A stretch of DNA of 41,879 nucleotides, from positions 1 to 41,879 of the forward strand of contig CARQUZ010000005.1 in NCBI GenBank assembly GCA_949051565.1, read 5' to 3'. The translations under genes were made by a program, and so were the position numbers. Shown piece after piece: positions 39,380 through 41,879 of this stretch; within the stretch, counting starts at the first letter, position 1; every line of letters begins with the position of its first letter. This DNA is from an uncultured Lachnospiraceae bacterium (GTDB taxonomy: Bacteria; Bacillota; Clostridia; Lachnospirales; Lachnospiraceae). The notes under the pieces are model-generated. The model did not search any database, was not told the origin of the DNA, and saw only the letters and a program-made list of their open reading frames with translations.

Positions 39380-39886
39380 ATGGCGGAAGAATTGAAAGAA
39401 GAAGAACTGTTGGAGGAAGATACCCAAAAGGGAAAGTTTATGACCTTTCAGACAGGAAAAGAGTACTTCGGCATTAGTATCAGTTATGTCAACGAAATCA
39501 TTGCCATGCAGCCAATTACGGCAATACCTGAAGTAGATGACTATATCAAGGGACTAATTAATCTTCGCGGAAAAATTATTCCTGTAATTGATGTGCGTGT
39601 GCGATTTAAGATGGAGCCAAAGGAATATACAGACAGGACGTGTATCATCGTTATTGATGTGAAATCAACCGTTATTGGGCTGATTGTGGAAAAAATAGCA
39701 GAAGTAGATACTATTATGGATGATGATGTTATTCCACCCCCTACTCTGGGGCATCATGAGCATAATAAATATGTCTATGGTTTGGCGCGGACAGGTGATA
39801 CAATGAAACTATTGATTGATCCTGAAAAGCTAATCAAGCAAGACGACATGAATATGCTTGAGACGATGCAAGATAATGAAGAATAA
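39380..39886 (+). CDS. cheW: Chemotaxis coupling protein CheW
   Basis: CheW domain ([22 protein letters not shown]...[19 protein letters not shown]). Confidence 0.9.
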   Translation: MAEELKEEELLEEDTQKGKFMTFQTGKEYFGISISYVNEIIAMQPITAIPEVDDYIKGLINLRGKIIPVIDVRVRFKMEPKEYTDRTCIIVIDVKSTVIGLIVEKIAEVDTIMDDDVIPPPTLGHHEHNKYVYGLARTGDTMKLLIDPEKLIKQDDMNMLETMQDNEE

Positions 39887-39908
39887 AATAGTAAAAGGAG
39901 AATTTACC

Positions 39909-41696
39909 ATGAAGAAAAAGTTTTCTGTCAATAGCACCACCGTAAAAACCAAAATTATCTTTTTCGGTGTTATGATGCTGTTTTTGATGATTGTGATCGC
40001 GTCTGTCGGATTATGGAGTGCATCCAATGTTAATAAAGTTCGTACTTCACGTTACAATAATTATGCAATGGGAAAATATTATTTAAGTGAAGCATATGGC
40101 AATTTTGCAGATCTAAAAGTACGCTTGCGCAATATCTTGTATATTTATGCAGACGATCCTGCACAGATTCAAGCTCAGCTTGCTGAAATGTCTCAGTATG
40201 ATGCGAGTACCCATCAAAATCTAACAGAGTTTCGCAATCGCTTAGATGCTTTTGATGCAGATATTACCAGCAAGTACAACAAAGTAGTTGACGAAATGGA
40301 CGAGTACATAAAAACAGCAACCGAATATGCTCAGATGGCACAAGACGGAAATGTTGAACAAGCGCGTGAGGCACTGACTCATAGCGGTGTCGCAATTGCA
40401 AACAATGTTGAAAATCAACTGCTTGAGCTGATAGAGGCAGTCGATAAACTCTCTGATGCAAATAATAAAGTAGTAGAGCAACAAGTTATTGCTCTACAGG
40501 TAGTGGTTATTGTTGTTGTTCTTGTTTCTATCCTTATTTCAATGGCGTATGCATTGCGTTTAGTTAAAACAATTACTGTTCCTATTCGCAAGCTTTCAGA
40601 AGCTGCAAAAAAATTGGCCCTAGGCGATGTTGATGTTGACTGCCATAAAATGTACAATGATGATCTTGGTGATTTAATGGATGCTTTCGCTATCATGGTT
40701 GATGGCATCAAAGATCAAGTTCGCGTTACAGATTTGCTTGCACAAGGTGATTTCACAGTTGAGGTAAAACCACGTAGTGACAGAGATGTTCTCGGCAAAT
40801 CTTTATATAAACTAGTTTCAGATGAAAATGCTCTATTAAGTAATATTCGTGAGGCAGGCTCACAGATTACAGTAGGTTCTGAGCAGGTTGCAAATGCAAG
40901 CCAGGCATTGGCTCAGGGCTCTACAGAACAAGCTAGCGCAATACAGCAGGTAACTGCTTCTATGGACGAAGTAACACAGCGTACAAAAGCCAATGCTTCT
41001 CAGGCAACAGAGGCAAGTTCTTTAGTGAATAATATCAAGATTATGGCAGCATCTGGAAACGATCAGATGAAGGCAATGATCGATGCTATGGATAGTATTA
41101 ACGAGTCTTCTGAGACTATCTCAAAGATTATTAAGACAATTGATGATATTTCATTCCAGACCAATATTCTCGCATTGAATGCTGCAGTAGAGGCTGCTAG
41201 AGCTGGTATACATGGTAAGGGCTTCGCAGTCGTTGCGGAGGAAGTAAGAAATCTAGCTGCAAAGAGTGCCTCTGCTGCTGGTGAAACTGCTGAAATGATC
41301 GAAGATTCTATTCATAAAGTTGCAAATGGTACAAAGATTGTAGAGGAGACTGCAAAGTCACTGAGTGCAATTGTCAATTCTATTGATGAGATTGTTGTTT
41401 TGATTGGAAATATCACAGTATCTTCTAGCGATCAAGCAACTGCAATTTCACAGATCGATCAGGCAATTTCACAGGTTTCTACAGTAGTACAAACCAACGC
41501 TGCAACCAGCGAACAGTGTGCGGCTGCCAGCGAACAGTTATCTAATCAAGCTGTCACATTAAAGAATTTGATTGGACAATACAAACTGCTTACCTCTGGT
41601 TCTAGCAGTTCTTACACAAGTTCTTACTCTGACTCTTCTTCCTACAATAGCAATGAGCAGATTATTTCTTTAGATGGTGACTTTGGCAAATATTAA
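39909..41696 (+). CDS. Methyl-accepting chemotaxis protein with a HAMP domain and a Ser/Tyr-rich C-terminal tail
   Basis: RBS AAAGGAG precedes the ATG at 39909. TM segments, HAMP and the signalling domain ([31 protein letters not shown]) are present. The ORF track's start at 39858 overlaps cheW and lacks an RBS. Confidence 0.88.
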   Translation: MKKKFSVNSTTVKTKIIFFGVMMLFLMIVIASVGLWSASNVNKVRTSRYNNYAMGKYYLSEAYGNFADLKVRLRNILYIYADDPAQIQAQLAEMSQYDASTHQNLTEFRNRLDAFDADITSKYNKVVDEMDEYIKTATEYAQMAQDGNVEQAREALTHSGVAIANNVENQLLELIEAVDKLSDANNKVVEQQVIALQVVVIVVVLVSILISMAYALRLVKTITVPIRKLSEAAKKLALGDVDVDCHKMYNDDLGDLMDAFAIMVDGIKDQVRVTDLLAQGDFTVEVKPRSDRDVLGKSLYKLVSDENALLSNIREAGSQITVGSEQVANASQALAQGSTEQASAIQQVTASMDEVTQRTKANASQATEASSLVNNIKIMAASGNDQMKAMIDAMDSINESSETISKIIKTIDDISFQTNILALNAAVEAARAGIHGKGFAVVAEEVRNLAAKSASAAGETAEMIEDSIHKVANGTKIVEETAKSLSAIVNSIDEIVVLIGNITVSSSDQATAISQIDQAISQVSTVVQTNAATSEQCAAASEQLSNQAVTLKNLIGQYKLLTSGSSSSYTSSYSDSSSYNSNEQIISLDGDFGKY

Positions 41697-41732
41697 TTTT
41701 ATGTAGCACTTTATATAGGTATATGTATACAG

Positions 41733-41762
41733 AAAACGGTTCCTTACGAGGGACCGTTTTTT
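41733..41762 (+). terminator. Rho-independent terminator ending the che operon
   Basis: Stem AAAACGGTtCC/GGgACCGTTTT, loop TTACGA, then a T-run. Confidence 0.8.
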
Positions 41763-41879
41763 ATGTACAGCCCCGTACAACAAAAATATGCCACTATGTA
41801 ATAGTAACAGTTCAGCCATGCAAAATTGAATATACAAAATGCTGTTGGGAGTTTGCTCGCATAAGGCATTTTGTATATT

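Overview
This 41.9-kb window looks like a low-GC chromosomal region of a Firmicutes/Clostridia (Lachnospiraceae-like) genome, judged from AGGAGG ribosome-binding sites, about 40% GC, a SAM-I riboswitch and lipoprotein lipoboxes. I see no integrase, transposase, cas genes or phage genes. From left to right the window contains the following.

- **217-1038 (-):** a NADAR (YbiA-like) domain protein fused to an unrecognised Trp-rich N-terminal domain. It sits beside tandem palindromic 60-bp elements (87-224) and a 3-copy hairpin repeat array (1391-1625).
- **2351-13190 (-):** a complete high-mannose N-glycan utilisation locus on the minus strand. It encodes a GH85 endo-beta-N-acetylglucosaminidase lipoprotein, a GH38 alpha-mannosidase, a GH130 phosphorylase, and a lipoprotein SBP with two ABC permeases. 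A LacI regulator is divergent at 13603-14628 (+).
- **14606-16060 (-):** an FAD-oxidoreductase/Rieske fusion.
- **16218-16325 (+):** tRNA-Gly(CCC) with a consensus sigma-A promoter and terminators.
- **16504-18766 (-):** an alpha/beta-hydrolase fusion and a hypothetical protein.
- **18948-21762 (-):** metK with its SAM-I riboswitch (20185-20365), then murA.
- **22275-24552 (-):** an M23/LysM peptidase and a flavin-reductase-like protein.
- **25155-25499 (+):** an MIF-family tautomerase.
- **25591-26166 (-):** a P-loop kinase-like protein.
- **26570-29428 (+):** a lipoprotein SBP and a methyl-accepting chemotaxis protein (MCP).
- **29746-32211 (+):** the standout gene, an 821-aa homolog of the eukaryotic major vault protein (MVP). 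It is bracketed by a 35-bp direct repeat and preceded by tandem structured elements.
- **32328-41696 (+):** mnmG, then a cheR-cheB-cheY-cheA-cheW-MCP chemotaxis operon with a tandem-repeat leader.

Three families of short hairpin-forming intergenic repeats recur through the window, all in the same orientation. The small antisense ORFs in the six-frame track are judged spurious.
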